Shown here one piece after another: positions 37,419 through 51,200 of a stretch of 64,000 bases of DNA (the stretch's first letter is position 1; each line of letters begins with the position of its first letter). The notes under the pieces are model-generated. The model saw only the letters and a list, made by a program, of their open reading frames with translations, had not been told where the DNA came from and ran no database searches. This stretch comes from Epiperipatus broadwayi (lineage: Eukaryota; Animalia; Onychophora). The stretch spans positions 6,634,001 through 6,698,000 of the forward strand of contig JAQFVV010000009.1 in assembly GCA_028023455.1 (NCBI GenBank). The letters are read 5' to 3'. The translations under genes and the position numbers were made by a program.

Positions 37419-40330
37419 TTTTTTTTTTCAAAAATAGGTTTATTAGGTTTATAAGCAATTTATACATTATTATACCATGTTGAAACTTGCATACAACTGT
37501 ATTTCTTGTGATAATAGATGCTACTCCATGTAGTAATCTTTTTTAAACTTAGATAGTTTTATATGAATAGCCTGTCTATTCTGGTGGTAGTCTGTCTTTC
37601 TGAGAATTACATCACTATAATTCAGGTGTCTGATTTGGGCTTTTCTCTTGATGGAAAAGCCTATTTCTGAGTCGATCACCCATTGTCCACCACAGGGATT
37701 ATGGGAATTAGGATGAATGCTTAAATCGGTTGGGAGTTTGATGATTTGCCAAGTTTTCTTATACTGGTTTCCCAGTACTAATTGTTCATCTCTGAGCTTG
37801 ATCTTCTTGATTTTTGCAAGAATTTGGTTTTCTGGGTTAATGATGGAACGACTGAAGATGTAATCGCATCTAATCATCTATATGCCATAATTTAACATGA
37901 TAGAAAGTCTTATTTTTGTGAAATTGCCTGCATTGATGATTTCATGCAAATCAAATATTTTGTTCTTGTCGGAGAGCATGAGGATTCTGTACATTCCAAA
38001 AACTGGACATCCAAAGAGATGTGGAAAAGTTTTATCTTCTCTGTTACACAGTTGGAAGATGAGGTTTATATTGGAATATCCTCTCTTATGTACTAAGAAG
38101 GAGTTAGTAGGTAGAGCTGATAGATTGAATTTTAATATGAAGTCCAAAAATTTGGCTTCTAGCCCCAGAAGTTGAATTGTTTTATTAATGAAAAATTAGA
38201 TATGTTTAGATATCCTGAGATACTCTTTTGAGTCCTGTTGACTAGGTGATATATGTACCAGTATTTAAGCTTTGAGTGGTTGGTGCTGTTAGCAGATTAT
38301 TAGTTTATAGCGATGTGAGAATTTTGTCAATCCATGAAGGGGCACTCTTAGGAGCTGGTTGATCAGTTGGAAGGATTATCTCCTTAAAATTTTGCTGGGG
38401 AAACCACTCATGAAGCAGACCAATTATATTATGGGCTTTTAGAAGGTAGAAGGTATAAATGGTGTGTAATGATAAACCATTGAGTTTCTTGGGTCTACAC
38501 ATGTTCCTAAAGCTAATTAATACTATTTTATTTCTCCAACAGAGGTTTGCACATAGGGAGTTTATTCTAGTCTGAAAATTTTTGGTAGGTATTAAAATTG
38601 GTAAATGGTATGCAATTTTAAGCATTATAAGCATGTTGAGCAAGGTGACTTTCCCTTGGAGTGAAAGATATATGCTTTTTAGAGAGTTAATTAGTTTCTT
38701 AATAACTTTCAACAGTTCATTTTGAATACAACATGTCATTTCCCTGGTTGACTTCATTAAGGAGAAGTCAAGAAACTTTTGTGGCTCTGCTTCAAATGAT
38801 GTATTTATCCTTTTACTGGTATTCAGTCGCCATGGTGATGATTTGCTTCGATTGATGGCTAAACCATAGCGCATTGTATCCCAGTCAATGATAGTTTCAA
38901 GGTTCGATATGTATTTAGCTGATGGTAGAAGTACAATGATATCATCAACGAATGCCAGAGTTTTGATTTTCTTTGCTATCCTTGGAATGTAGATTCCTGG
39001 CAAATCTCTTTTGAGTTTGACAAGCAAAGGGTTTATAAAGGTCATGAAGATAAGTATGCTGAGAGGGGAGTCTTGGAGTATGGAAATATCCTGTGTTATT
39101 CCTGGAGCTACCTTACCATCTAAGGTGATTAGGATTTTCCTATTACTAAGAAGATTTTCGATGATTGATAAGTGTGCTTTGTTGATGTTATATTCTTGTA
39201 ACACCCTGATCAGAAGGTTGGTTCTGACATCAAAGGTGACTGTGATGTCCAGTTATACAGAACTTGGGCTATGTTTCCGGTGGTGGTGAATGTCCTTTTT
39301 TGGCAAACTGTGCAGGTGATAATTTTTGAAGAATCTTGTCTTGGATTTGATGAGCCTCTCAATAATCTTGATAAAGAGAGGGATCAGGGGTCATTGAAAT
39401 TGGCCTGAGGTTGTGCAGATCAGAGCTGTTTCCTTGTTTTTTAATAAACGGGACTAAAAAGATGGGGTAAAATTCCTCTATGTTTTTACATTCCTCAGCT
39501 AAAACATCAATCATATTTTTAATGATTGGGATTGCAAACTGGCTAAGCAGTATTAGAAATTGGGGAATTCCATGTGGACCTGAGTGGGTAGACTCAGGGA
39601 GATCCTTGATATTTTTGGATGTCTAGATTAGTTATTCCATGTTGTGAATCACTGTTTTCTGATATTTGAAATCTGTGATTGATTCCATTGTTTTGTTGCA
39701 TTTTAATTTTAAAGAAGTTATAGATTATTCTAATCATGGCATTTCCTACATGTGAATCTCACTGATAGTTGATTGATGAAGGAATAATTTGAGATCTTTT
39801 TACTCCAAGTGCCCATGTGAGATAACTCTTTGTCCAACAGTGGTGGTTAGAAATAAATTTGTGTTCCCTTTTAGTCACAATGTATTGAGCCAGCACTTTC
39901 TGTGTGTTTTTGTATTCTTCCTTTAGTAGCATTACATTTTCTATGTTACGATCTTTATGTAATAGCTTTCCAACCTTTCATCTATTTCATTGAGTTTTGT
40001 CAACAATCTGGATGGACCTATTTGATACAGTGTAAAGTTATATATTGTGGCTTGAGTGATCTCAATGAAGGCAAACCAGGCCTCGATGGGTGGCAATTGC
40101 AAATAAGTCGATTTTGTGAAAGTATATGTAAAGTTCTGATATGATACCTGGAGGAGTAGTCTCTTTATTAAGAAACCTTAATGTTCTGCTAAGATTTGGA
40201 TTCCTATTCCATGTGCCTCTAACATCGATAAGAATTTGCAATTCAAGGTGGTCAGAAAAAGCAACTGGATTTAGGTGGGTGTCAAATTGAAAATTTATCA
40301 TACAAATGTGTTATGTTTATAGATTTTACA
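37419..40330 (-). mobile_element. L1/Tx1-like LINE (endonuclease end, RT, CCHC finger, poly(A)), related to the 30-32 kb copy
   Basis: AFSDH; LQDSPLS; LAFVDDIIV; LSLQGKVTLLN; QLCNREDKTFPHLFGC; AATAAA plus A10 at 37419-37428. Confidence 0.9.
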
Positions 40331-40959
40331 CAAAGTGTATTTAATTATTTATTCATTAATATTGGTTATCATTATGGAATATCATAATGATATAATATGA
40401 TTGCAGAACGAGTACTTATGTATATAAGTGTACAATTTATATAGTGTGTTCTTAATTATGCCAATGATAACCAAATAAGCTTTACATAATAATTTAATAA
40501 TAGGAATGCTATTTTAGAATTGAGAATATAAATCATTAATGACCTTCACAAAATGTATTTAATAATCAGACACTTTGTGTTCAGTAATTATAATCAGATT
40601 AATATACATATAGTCAGGGTATGGTTGATGCCACTTCAATCATACAAGAAACATACATATATGATTACAATATAATTGGTGCCCTTTCTAGCATTTGTTA
40701 ATTATATGGAATGAAAGATAGCAATATATATCTTACAGTAAAATGAAATAAATATACGATTGTTTGCGCATTTATATAACAGGACTTGTTACATTGAATA
40801 TTGGATTTAAAATCGTAAATAAGAAAACAAATTATTAACTCATCTGGAAAACGTTCACTTAAAGGATAAATAGCTTAAGTGCAAGCTTGTTCGTGACATT
40901 CTACATACAATAAATTAATGAATAACAAAAGGTTTATTCTTATCATAGTATTATGACTT

Positions 40960-41324
40960 ATAGATGCGGCTCAGGCATATATCTAAACTATTAATATATG
41001 GCGGTATTAGCATGAGTGCAGCAATAAGAGTTTTGGTCCATTTTCGACCAATGAGATGCTTCATCATTTAATAAAAGTAGAAGGTATGCCCACTTTCTGG
41101 CGGAGCGATGCCAGGAGAGGAGGAAGGTAGGAAGATGCAATGGGCCGGTTGTCCCGAGATCATCTCACGCAGAGCATTCGCTATTCAGTTAAAAGTTCTA
41201 GGGCGAGACCACTGCCCTTCTAGAACAACAACAAAGAAATGGGTTCGGAGTTCCCACAATCCCATAATAACAAAGCAAAATATAATTATGAAGGCTGACC
41301 TATGCTAGCAATGCTGAGAAGAAA
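40960..41324 (+). promoter_or_regulatory. CpG-containing GC-richer island; possible promoter plus first exon
   Basis: CCAAT near 41048, TTTAATAAAA near 41067, several hairpins, strong donor aa|GTAAGT at 41324/41325. Confidence 0.3.
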
Positions 41325-42974
41325 GTAAGTACATCTAACGATGTTTGAATAACTAAAGCCTAAATATAAATTAAGATCCGGTGTAATGGCATGATTATAT
41401 ATACTAAACCTAACTATGAAACAACTATTATTTAAAATAACTAAGTGAATGTTATAAATAATAAAACAAAAAAAATATCCTTTTTTTTAAAATTTTCTTT
41501 TTTGTTTTGAAATAAGAAAGACACAATTTAATAAATATGCTCAAAGGCACTACAAATTAATGGTTATTTCATTATAATAAAAGAAGTGACGGTCATCAAT
41601 ATTACTCTGAATATTATAAGTAGAATTTAATTCATAGGGTTTATAACTGACAGTAAATAAATATTCCTAATAACTATAGCAATATTATAATAATTTTCTA
41701 TTAGACATATAGCTTACTCAACCTAACAAGCAAATGCGTTTATAAGAGATGATTTAATTTAATTACACATCCCTTGAATAATGGGATTTCTAATGCTAAT
41801 AAACATGCTTGCAAGATTGGGTTGGATTAGCATATTAATTACAATTCAAATTAATATATTAAACATAAAATAGAAATCATTCAAGAAATTTATTGCACTA
41901 CAATATAGAATGAAAATCAAGCGTGAAATAGATGTGAAAGATTACATGTAAATTTTGTGGGGTTATAGAGAGCGTAAATAAGAGAGTAAATATATATAAA
42001 TATGACTGGTATTACATTACCAGTGTGTTTCAAAGACAATTACATTAAATGAAGTTAAATAGAGCTTACAAAGAATTAAATAAAGGCAATGAATCTTAGG
42101 GTGGTATTGAATAGTTATCTTCTGATGATGTTGCGTGGTGGCTCAAGAGATCCATTTTCTTGCGAGGCATTTCATATTGAAGCATGGGTGGTCCTTATTT
42201 CACTAAACAGGAGGCAGCATTTTGTTCCTAGATCACTTTGAATTGCATTATAGCCAGTTCATCAATTTGTAATTAGAGTCTGGCATCATAGCATGGAGAT
42301 GATCTTGGAAAGATCAGGAAAAGGTGAACTTAGTCCCTCTACTTGACTGTCATAATATCAAAATTCTGAGTAGCATGGATTCAGTTGGCAACTGAGTTTA
42401 AAATTAATTCCTCTTCTTTTTCATCATGTTCAAAATGAACCCTATTTATACTTGGTCACAATATTTTTAGGAATACTTTTAAGAAATCACCCAAGGAATT
42501 ACGGATACCAACTTACCTCGTGTGATCTCTATCAGCAGGAAATGCAATTTGTCTTTGTGCCATAGAAGATGCAAAGTATCGATAGGCTCTTGAAGGTATT
42601 GTTCGAATCCATTTCTAGTTTAGAAATAGATTCTCATGTCTATAATTTTAATTAAAATATTTAAGACTAAAATTAATTAAATAGAGCGATTTTGTTCAAC
42701 TAAACTAATGGATTGCTCTATTGTTTGATAACTTAACATTACTTTAAGTGCCTTCAAGAACCTTGATATTGCATCATTTTCTGGAGCTATGTTATATTAA
42801 CTAATAATAAATACAAAATATAAACAAAATAATATTAAAATTTACATCACATACACGTATCCGATGCATATATGTGAACGCACGCGCATACACGACTCTT
42901 GTTATTTATGGATTTTAACTATAATTGATTTTATAAATTTAATATTTCATCATATTGATTTAAATTGGTTTTGA

Positions 42975-43120
42975 GGTCCAGGAGGAGTTGCATGGATGTG
43001 CGTGGTAACTCTCTACATTACCCAGGCATCTGAGAGAATGGGTTTGAACCCCATTTGGTTAGTTAAATTGGAACAGTGAAGTGTAAATCTGGATCATAGA
43101 TTTACCACTTCAGTATTGTG
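42975..43120 (+). mobile_element. tRNA-derived SINE-like fragment
   Basis: gcgtggtaac ... gggtttgaacccc (B box-like), followed by a hairpin. Confidence 0.4.
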
Positions 43121-43395
43121 ATTTAATAACATATGAAGGAATGGATAATGTAGTTGATGAAAAAATAAATAAAACTAATGGTGAAAGCTCAAATAGAAAA
43201 AAAAACTAGTATGGTATTAAAATGAACTTTATTTTATAATAATAATAAATTATGATAAAGACTGTTTAAACAGCAAGATAAACAATATTCCATTCAAAAT
43301 GTATCTTGAGACTAGTTATTTGCTTTTAATTAAATATTTGAATTCTCTTGTTTGTCTAATTTAAATCATGTCTAATTTTAACAATTTTATGTTTT

Positions 43396-43903
43396 TAGAA
43401 TTATCATCATTATTAGATACTGGATGTAACAAAAAATATATACCAAATTAACCATCCTCTCAAAACCTTTCTGTCTCTTGTTTACTGAAAAGTTTCTCAT
43501 TATGGGGAAACGAAAGCTACAATCATTACTAGACTGGCTCAACATATTTACACATTTAACAGAGCTCGGAAAAACAGCAACACATCTTCTGTATTTTTGG
43601 AGCATGCTAAACAATCTGGACACAACTTCACACCCGCCAATCCCATAATATTGTGCTCAGTATCAAATGATCACAAAAGAAAAATAAGGAGGCATTCTAC
43701 ATCAGTGGAAATATCCATGCCATTAATAGAAAAGACACTTGCTTCAAGATCTCGAAGAAATGGGCTATGTAATACTAGCTTATTTGAATATTTGTATTTG
43801 CATATATTTTATTACACATTTTATGAAGGCTATGAATATGAGGCATGGATCCTCGAAAACGTTAAGCGCATAAACTTTAATACTAATTTATATCTTCTCT
43901 AAT
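43396..43903 (+). mobile_element. Penelope-like element fragment (PLE2): GIY-YIG remnant plus 3' end
   Basis: HYGETKATIITRLAQH...EHAKQSGHNF...HKRKIR; TSD-like TAACAATT(T/A)TATGTTTT at 43379-43395 and 43904-43920. Confidence 0.8.
43829..43867 (+). ncRNA. PLE2 hammerhead variant (A3-U8)
   Basis: GCU AUGAAUA U GAGG cauggau CCUC GAAAA cg UUA AGC; palindromic AACGUU stem III. Confidence 0.7.
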
Positions 43904-43959
43904 TAACAATTATATGTTTTACATAATAGTGAGAAGTAAAACTTTTTTATATAATAACT

Positions 43960-45870
43960 TGAATTAATTTTTGAATGATTACTGGAATATACCACAAGAT
44001 CGCCTTCATTAAACTGACAAGGTTTATCATTACCCTTCTTTTCTCTGCCTACCTTTTTTAATTAAACTTTCTCTGGCTATTTGTAAATCTATTTCATGGT
44101 CAATCTTTTCTCTAATAATGGGCAATGAGGTCTTTATAAGGGAAGGATTATACTTTCCAAAATGCAACCAAATAGGGGATAGACTGTAAATTCATTGGAA
44201 GTTCAATTAATATAATTTATAAGTTGTTGAAACTCGAGTGACCCAACACTTATGATTATTATTTACATTAACATTTATAAGCCTGTTAAACTCTCTCATT
44301 ACTCTTTTGCAGGAATTGGACTGCACACGTTATGGATTTAGGTTAAAACATGTTCGATCCCTTGTTTATCAATCCACTGTGTTCATCCTTGTGAAATAAA
44401 TGGAGTGCTATAATCTGGCAATATGGTTTTAGGATTTCCCATAAAAGGGAATTGGTGTTTTGCAACTTGATCAGTAGTAGATTTAGTATCTTCTCTCCTA
44501 ATAGGGTAAGCAGCAACAACATATTTGAAAAATATGTCATAGGTAACAAGCAGATACTTGAATTGCTTATACAATGGTGAGGATCCATAAAAGTCAATAG
44601 CTAGTGTTTCATTTGGCCTTTGTGGTATGATAGCTTGTAGCATTCCCGCTTAAGTTTTATTAAGAAGCTTGGATTTTAAATATATTTAGTATTGTTAAAA
44701 TGCTAGTACGTAATTATGGCCAATAGAACATCTGACAAAGGATGTATTCAACCTTGCATGGATCATAATGACCATACAAACAGTGTATATACATAATGGG
44801 TTTCTGACATAAGTATTGGGGAACAAATATCCTCCAATGGTCTTTATCCTGCAGCACATTGTAACACAAAATTCATTAATGAATTGATACCTTTCATGTA
44901 TTCCCAGAATTTTTTTATACACTGGGTGATCTGTTGGAAGCATTTTTTCTAAATATAAATAATTTTCATATAACATAAAATTATCCTTTTGTATAGCATT
45001 TAAATTATTTAGGTCATCTTCCACTGAGCTTTACATCGTTTTAAAGATAGGACAAAGACGAGAGCATCTTCTACTAAAGGATGTTGTGCAGTAACCTTGA
45101 CAGGATTACTACTAAGAATGTCAGCAATTATATTTTCTGAACCAGAACAACAAGTAAAACTATATTTACTTTTTTTTTCAGAAAAAGACTCCAATGAATG
45201 AATTGGTCATTGTTTAGATAGCTCTTATTCAAAAATTGCAAAGTTTTGTGATCAGTAATAACAATGACTTTTAAGCCCAATAAAAATTGCTTAAACTTAT
45301 TAAAAGCTAAACAATGACAAAAGCTTTTTTTCTGTCATGCTATAATTCAGTTCAGCATCGCTCAATACTTTGCTAATAAAATTAAACACTCTGGGTTATT
45401 GAAGATGATTAATTTGCAGGAGTACAATTCCCAAATTGTATCCACTACTATCTGACTGGACATAAAAAGGTGTGCTAAAGTCTGGATATGCTAATACAAT
45501 AATATGTAAAACTTTATTCTTAAGTATCTGAAAATGATCTCTCCAATCCCACTTTTGGTTCTTGCACAACAATTTAACTAAGAGTTCTTTATCCTGAGCA
45601 AAATCCTTATAAAATCTGTGATAAAGTTGAAGAGTCCCAAAAAGGATCTTAATTGCTCCCTATTAATGGTGGTAGGAAAATTTTCAATTGCATGGATTTT
45701 ATCTGGATGAGGCCAAGCTCCTGTCTTGTTCACTAGAGGGCCCAAAAATGTTATCGGAAGCAGATGTACTTTTCAAGTTGATCTTGATATTCTTGTCATA
45801 CTTTTCTTGATTCTCATTGAGTTTATTCATTAGATCTCTATGACTCTGGTCCTACTTATTATTTAAATCT
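43960..45870 (-). mobile_element. Gypsy/Ty3 LTR retrotransposon pol remnant (RT end, RNase H, integrase)
   Basis: PDKIHAIENFP...QLRSFLGL; LAYPDFSTPFYVQSDSS; GSENIIADILS; PNETLAIDFYG...KYLLVTYD. Confidence 0.88.
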
Positions 45871-46127
45871 CTCGATAATTTTTCTTTACTCTGTTGAAAC
45901 TCTTCTTGGATTTATTTCATTTCACTCATCAAGCTCTGCAACATTATTATTATAACTTCATTTTAATCATTTTTTGATGTGGTAGAGATTTCATTAACTT
46001 CTCTTCCCTATTTTAACATATCTAATTCTTTCTCTCTTTCCATAGCTTATTTTGTATTTATATTTATTATTTTATTTTAGAAAGGAAAGAACATGAATGT
46101 CTTCCTCAATTCAAGATCCTAGACTAA

Positions 46128-46766
46128 TAATTGAAAGTTTGCTAATCTTTCATATGCGCTAAGACAGCCAATCAGATTTTAAACAGTTGTCTTAAGAATG
46201 ATCAGGTTTCGACACACGACAGAGATTTTGACAAGAAAAGGATGATACCAACCTTTTCTCAACTTAACTTTTTTTTTTTTTTAAATATATAAGCCAGTCT
46301 TAAGCATCTAGGCCTGAAAGCTTGAATATATAAACATATACACTTATCATTCATTGTGTTATTAATTTAAGATATTATGGAGTGAAATCTTAGATTTACT
46401 AAACAGCAATTTTCTAGATGTTAATATAATTTATCAGCAACGTATGTAAATAATATTTGTCTAAATCACATGTTGTTAAATTGGAAATAATAATTGAAAG
46501 TTTGCTAATAACACAATGAATGATAAGTGTATATGTTTATATATTCAAGCTTTCAGGCCAAGATGCTTAAGACTGGCTTATATATTTAAAAAAAAAAAGT
46601 TGAGAAAAGGTTGGTATCATTCTTTTTTTGTCAAAATCTCTGTTGTGTGTCAAAGCCTGATCATTCTTAAGACAGCTGTTTAAAATCTGATTGGCTGTCT
46701 TAGCGCATGTGAAAGATTAGCAAACTTTCAATTATTATTTCCAATTTAACAACATGCGATTTAGAC
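46128..46766. mobile_element. Non-coding element C: ~363-bp monomer plus inverted partial copy; no hammerhead recognised
   Basis: taattgaaagtttgctaat at 46128 and 46491; inverted copy 46506-46766; 14-bp TSD AGATCCTAGACTAA at 46114-46127 and 46767-46780. Confidence 0.88.
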
Positions 46767-47754
46767 AGATCCTAGACTAAACAAAATGAATAACTTATTT
46801 CTCTCTACTATGCTTTATATGTTGATCCCTATAACTTAATTAGATTTCTACTCATATACATTTCAATTTATATAAGAGACCTAATATAAAGTACCACAAT
46901 AGCATCATTTTTCAATAGTGAATGATTTACCTAGTCACAATAACATTATTCCACACTAATGTTTTTTTTTTTTGTTTCAACTTAATATCATGTGTAGTAT
47001 AGTGTAAATTTCATAGCTATGCTCAAAAGTCTTTGTGTTATGTTATTGTCAATAAATTCAAATAGCAAGCATCAATGTTTTCATTCATTTTCCAAAATAG
47101 CCAGGAGACAAATACATTCAATGAAATAAGTTGGCTTCAAATTCATTTTACCTTTGATTTTATAATTACTTCATGAAGAAACTTTAATAACATTTATTTG
47201 TAATGAGCCCACATTCTTTTGGCATCTTATTAACATATAGCATATATTTGGTACTTTCAGAGGCACAAGCTTAAATCCTCACTGTTATTATTATTATCTG
47301 ACAAGCCCAGGCATCATCATCTGGTACTTTGCCTTATAAAGTATTTTATAATTCAGTTACCTATCAATTCATATATTGTTGCACTTATTTTTCAGAAAAC
47401 AATTTGACAAACAACTTCAAAAAAGCATAGCTACAAAATCAAAATTATTATCTATTAAATCACTTTAATCTAACACTAACATACACAAAAATAGCTTATA
47501 TTAATTGTAATCATTAAGCAAATATTTTATTCCTAATTATTTATCTTTTTATGACTTTAAATCTGTCATGGGTTATGAATAAATACTCATGCCCTTATTG
47601 GGCAACCATAAAAAGCTGCCTGACCCACAAATGCCCTTCTTATTTGGGCAAGCCAAAAATGTATTGGATAAAGTACTACACTTGTGCAACCAATAATTTA
47701 ACTGGTAGACAGATGAATAAGCCGATCCACAAATGGATTTATAATAATCTAAAC

Positions 47755-48278
47755 CAGTGGTCTTCAACCTTTTCACACCTGCGGACCGGTAAAAATAAGA
47801 ATACGGTTTCGCGGACCAGCAGAAGTCTATAGATAAATTTTGTTAAAGATGTAAACTGTGTGTCCTTAGATGAGCATAATTGTTACAACTGATCAAAACA
47901 ATAATGTTAAAGATATAAAATGCAGTTATATATATATATGGAGTTTGTATAATAAAAAACTTTTTTTTAATTTTGAATTTTTTTAAAAAAGTAATAAAAA
48001 ATTTAATTCTATCTCCCCCCCCCCCCATAAACATCTGTGATAATTAGGAAAACAAATTAATTTATGTATGATTGATTAGATTTTGTTTTCGTTCTGTTTC
48101 TTTTTTTTTAATTGGGTAAAAATGAGATGAAAAAAAAAATAAAAATTGTTTATATTATTTAAAAGTTTAAACTCTTATTATTTTGTTACTACAACCTTTC
48201 CTGCCAGTCTACCATCGGACTGGTAAAAAACTTCTGCGGCCCAGTACTGGTCCGCGGACCAAGGGTTGAAGAACACTG
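47755..48278. mobile_element. Non-autonomous hAT (Charlie-type) MITE
   Basis: TIRs CAGTGGTCTTCAACC / GGTTGAAGAACACTG; 8-bp TSD (A/T)TCTAAAC. Confidence 0.92.
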
Positions 48279-51200
48279 TTCTAAACTTATGTTATGATAG
48301 ACTCATGAATTTATAAAATGCCAATGGGTTGTCTATATATGAATAAATATTTTTGTTTGGCAAAAATAAAATTCAACAAATAAATGGTTTATTTGCTAAT
48401 GAATATATAGTAAGGAATATATGACTAAATATTTTAATAATAAAGTAACTTGTGTAATAGATAAATCAAATGATAACTAGATTAATAATAAAATATAAGT
48501 TTATTAAGATAAACATCAACTTATTGAATTGGTTAAGATAAATGACATAACTTTAATTTACTAATTACAATCTAACTACACTCATAATCTATCTCTGTCA
48601 GATTGCAATTGTTAAATATGATCTATATCTAAAGATCATTAACACATATATTCACAAAAGAGTTAAATACATAATCTTCCACACAATATATAAAAAAGAA
48701 AATTTTTTCCCCTCATATTCTTTAAATCAAGTAATGCTTTCATTATCATGGTCATTTTATACATTTAAATTAAATATTAAATATATTTTAATTTTGATTT
48801 TTTTTTAAGCTTATATCAATGATCAATTTAAGTTGTATTTTACTTGATGTATTAGTTAGATATATATATATATTGAAAAATAAATGGACTGCTTTAATAA
48901 TTTAAATTATTAAAAGAAAAATTAGATATCTATCAGTATGTTACTGTTATTAGATTATTAAAGGTAATTAAAAGTTATTTTGATTAGATAATTTTAGAAA
49001 AGATATATATATTGGTGTTTGTTACCAAGTTCAACATTTAATGATTGGATTATGTTTTTATTCTTCTGTAGTGTCTTTAACATTCCCACAATGACATAAA
49101 GATGTAGGGTTCAGTAGGCATTTTATTATTAGATAATATTCAACTATTCCTTTTATTAACACTGCGATCCATGGAAAATCCAGTGGTTCAATGTTTTCAG
49201 ACATTCAGCATAGCATTTATTGTTATTCACTTCATTTATTCATGCGGATATTAACTGAGGAGAATCCACATTTTCTCATGCATAATGTCTCCTCACAGTA
49301 CATAATTTTTATCACAAATTGGTATACTTAATGAAAATATGTAAAATAAAACACAAGTTTTGATGAAAAAGAAAGTATATGTGTTTTTTTTTTTTTGCTG
49401 AGCTATTTTTTGTTAGTTAGTAACAACAATAATGCATTCTTTTTATTATTACTCATGGAGCATGATTTTTTTAAGTTTTAATAAACCCCATTGTTATTCA
49501 TATGACAAAAAGGTTTTTTTTAAATTTTAATAAATCCATTCACTCAAAATTCAAATATATTTATTAAACATAAGATTTGTAATTGTTTGCTTTATTTATT
49601 CATTTGTGTGCTACAATGCATTCTCACACACACACATATATGTGTGTGTGTTAAATGATTTTAAAACAAAAGCAATATTAAATCAAATATAATTACATAA
49701 ATAAAATTACAACCTACATAAACAGTAATCAATATTTATCACAGAATTCTCCAGTCATTAAATCACATTTTATTAAGTTCACAAATCCACAAAGAGAACC
49801 CATGAACTGACAATATTTAAAATATAATAGTTCTCAAAAGAGTTTATTTTAAAAGTATTCATAGTTTTGTTCAACGAACTGATTATTAATAAGTCCTGAA
49901 AAGATTTCACACTGTAGTTGATGTTAAATAAGTAGTATTATACTGTTAAAATGATAATTATCCCATTTAAAGTTATAATCTTTAGCAAAAAAAAAATTTT
50001 TTTGTTGATATACAAATATGTAGATGCTTGACATGTTAATCCATTTAATTAAACTTCTACAGGATTATTTTAAAAACTTAAAATTATTCCATTGGATAAT
50101 TATTATTTTATCCTTGGTAAATTATTGATTTGTTGATATATTCATATATATATATATTGATGCATATATATATTTACATGGTTTTAAATAAGCATTTTAA
50201 AATTTTCTTCTAGAATGCTCCATTAAATAAATTCATTTTAGTATCTTTCAAAAGATTACATATTGTTCTTTTTGAAATAAATGTCAAATTTCCTATTTAG
50301 CTCTTTATATTGGTGTTTACATAAAGCATTTAATATATATATATATATCACTTTAAAAAAAATTTAATGCTTAACAGGTTATATTAACTGAACTCTTAGA
50401 AATACATCATATTATATAGAGACATGTAAGAATCTCCCAAGTTAATACAGGCCTGTTTATATCCTTTGTTAATTTATGTAATAATGAGCTCATTGACCTA
50501 GATATTGTTAATATGTAACTCAAAATGTAGCTCTTCTTATTTATTGCACTTAGAGTTCATTTGAATAAACAGTGTTCCAAGCAATATGTATTCCTTTTAA
50601 ATTTTAAATATTTTAATTTTAACAGAAGAAGAATTTAAAATAAATAACAAAATAATCTTAATTTTTTTTATAATAAAATACATTTGTTTCTTTTAAAATA
50701 ATGTTATAAATAATATATATTTTTAATAACTATGTAAAATTCATATGACTATCTCGAATTTATACAATAATCCATACATAGATATATATTCATACACACA
50801 TAAGAATGTAATTTATTATTTACCTAAATATATGCAGACAAAATATTACTATCTTTTATTATATATATATATATAATGAAAATTAAATTTAATGCCATGA
50901 ATTTACTTATTGTTTTACTTCACATGTATCTATAATAACTCTAAAATTTAAGATAAACACCCCTCGACAATTTTAAACATAAAATCATGATAGTAATTGT
51001 TTATATATATGATAATGCCTATTTAAATCTAATAAGTAGCAACCAACTTTATCCTTAAATTTATAAATAATCCAAGTACATGTTTGAGAAGGAATTGAAT
51101 TTTATTTATTTTATTTATATATTACAACAGTGCACATTGTACTGTAGAAAAATGTAATGGAGTCAAAAAAAACTATTTAATGATTGATAATAGTGATTTT

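Noticed and set aside
41190-41230. RNase P/MRP RNA idea for the GC island (AAAAGTTCTAG / CTAGAAC)
   Set aside because: The would-be P4 strands are only ~20 nt apart and no CR-V motif is present.
42120-42160. CTGATGA at 42122 (and similar hits near 20580, 25865, 33414, 35738)
   Set aside because: No stem II, GAAA or stem I/III; chance heptamers.
42080-42660. GC-richer segment, possible ORF1 of the 37-40 kb LINE
   Set aside because: No convincing zinc knuckle or other motif in any frame; left unassigned.
46285-46330. Twister-like GCCAGTCTTAAGC in element C
   Set aside because: No matching T1 partner or P1/P2 elements downstream.
49060-49300. Minus-strand DFPWIAVL, reminiscent of a trypsin N-terminus
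   Set aside because: Surrounded by stops; no IVGG or CGG/LTAAHC continuation.
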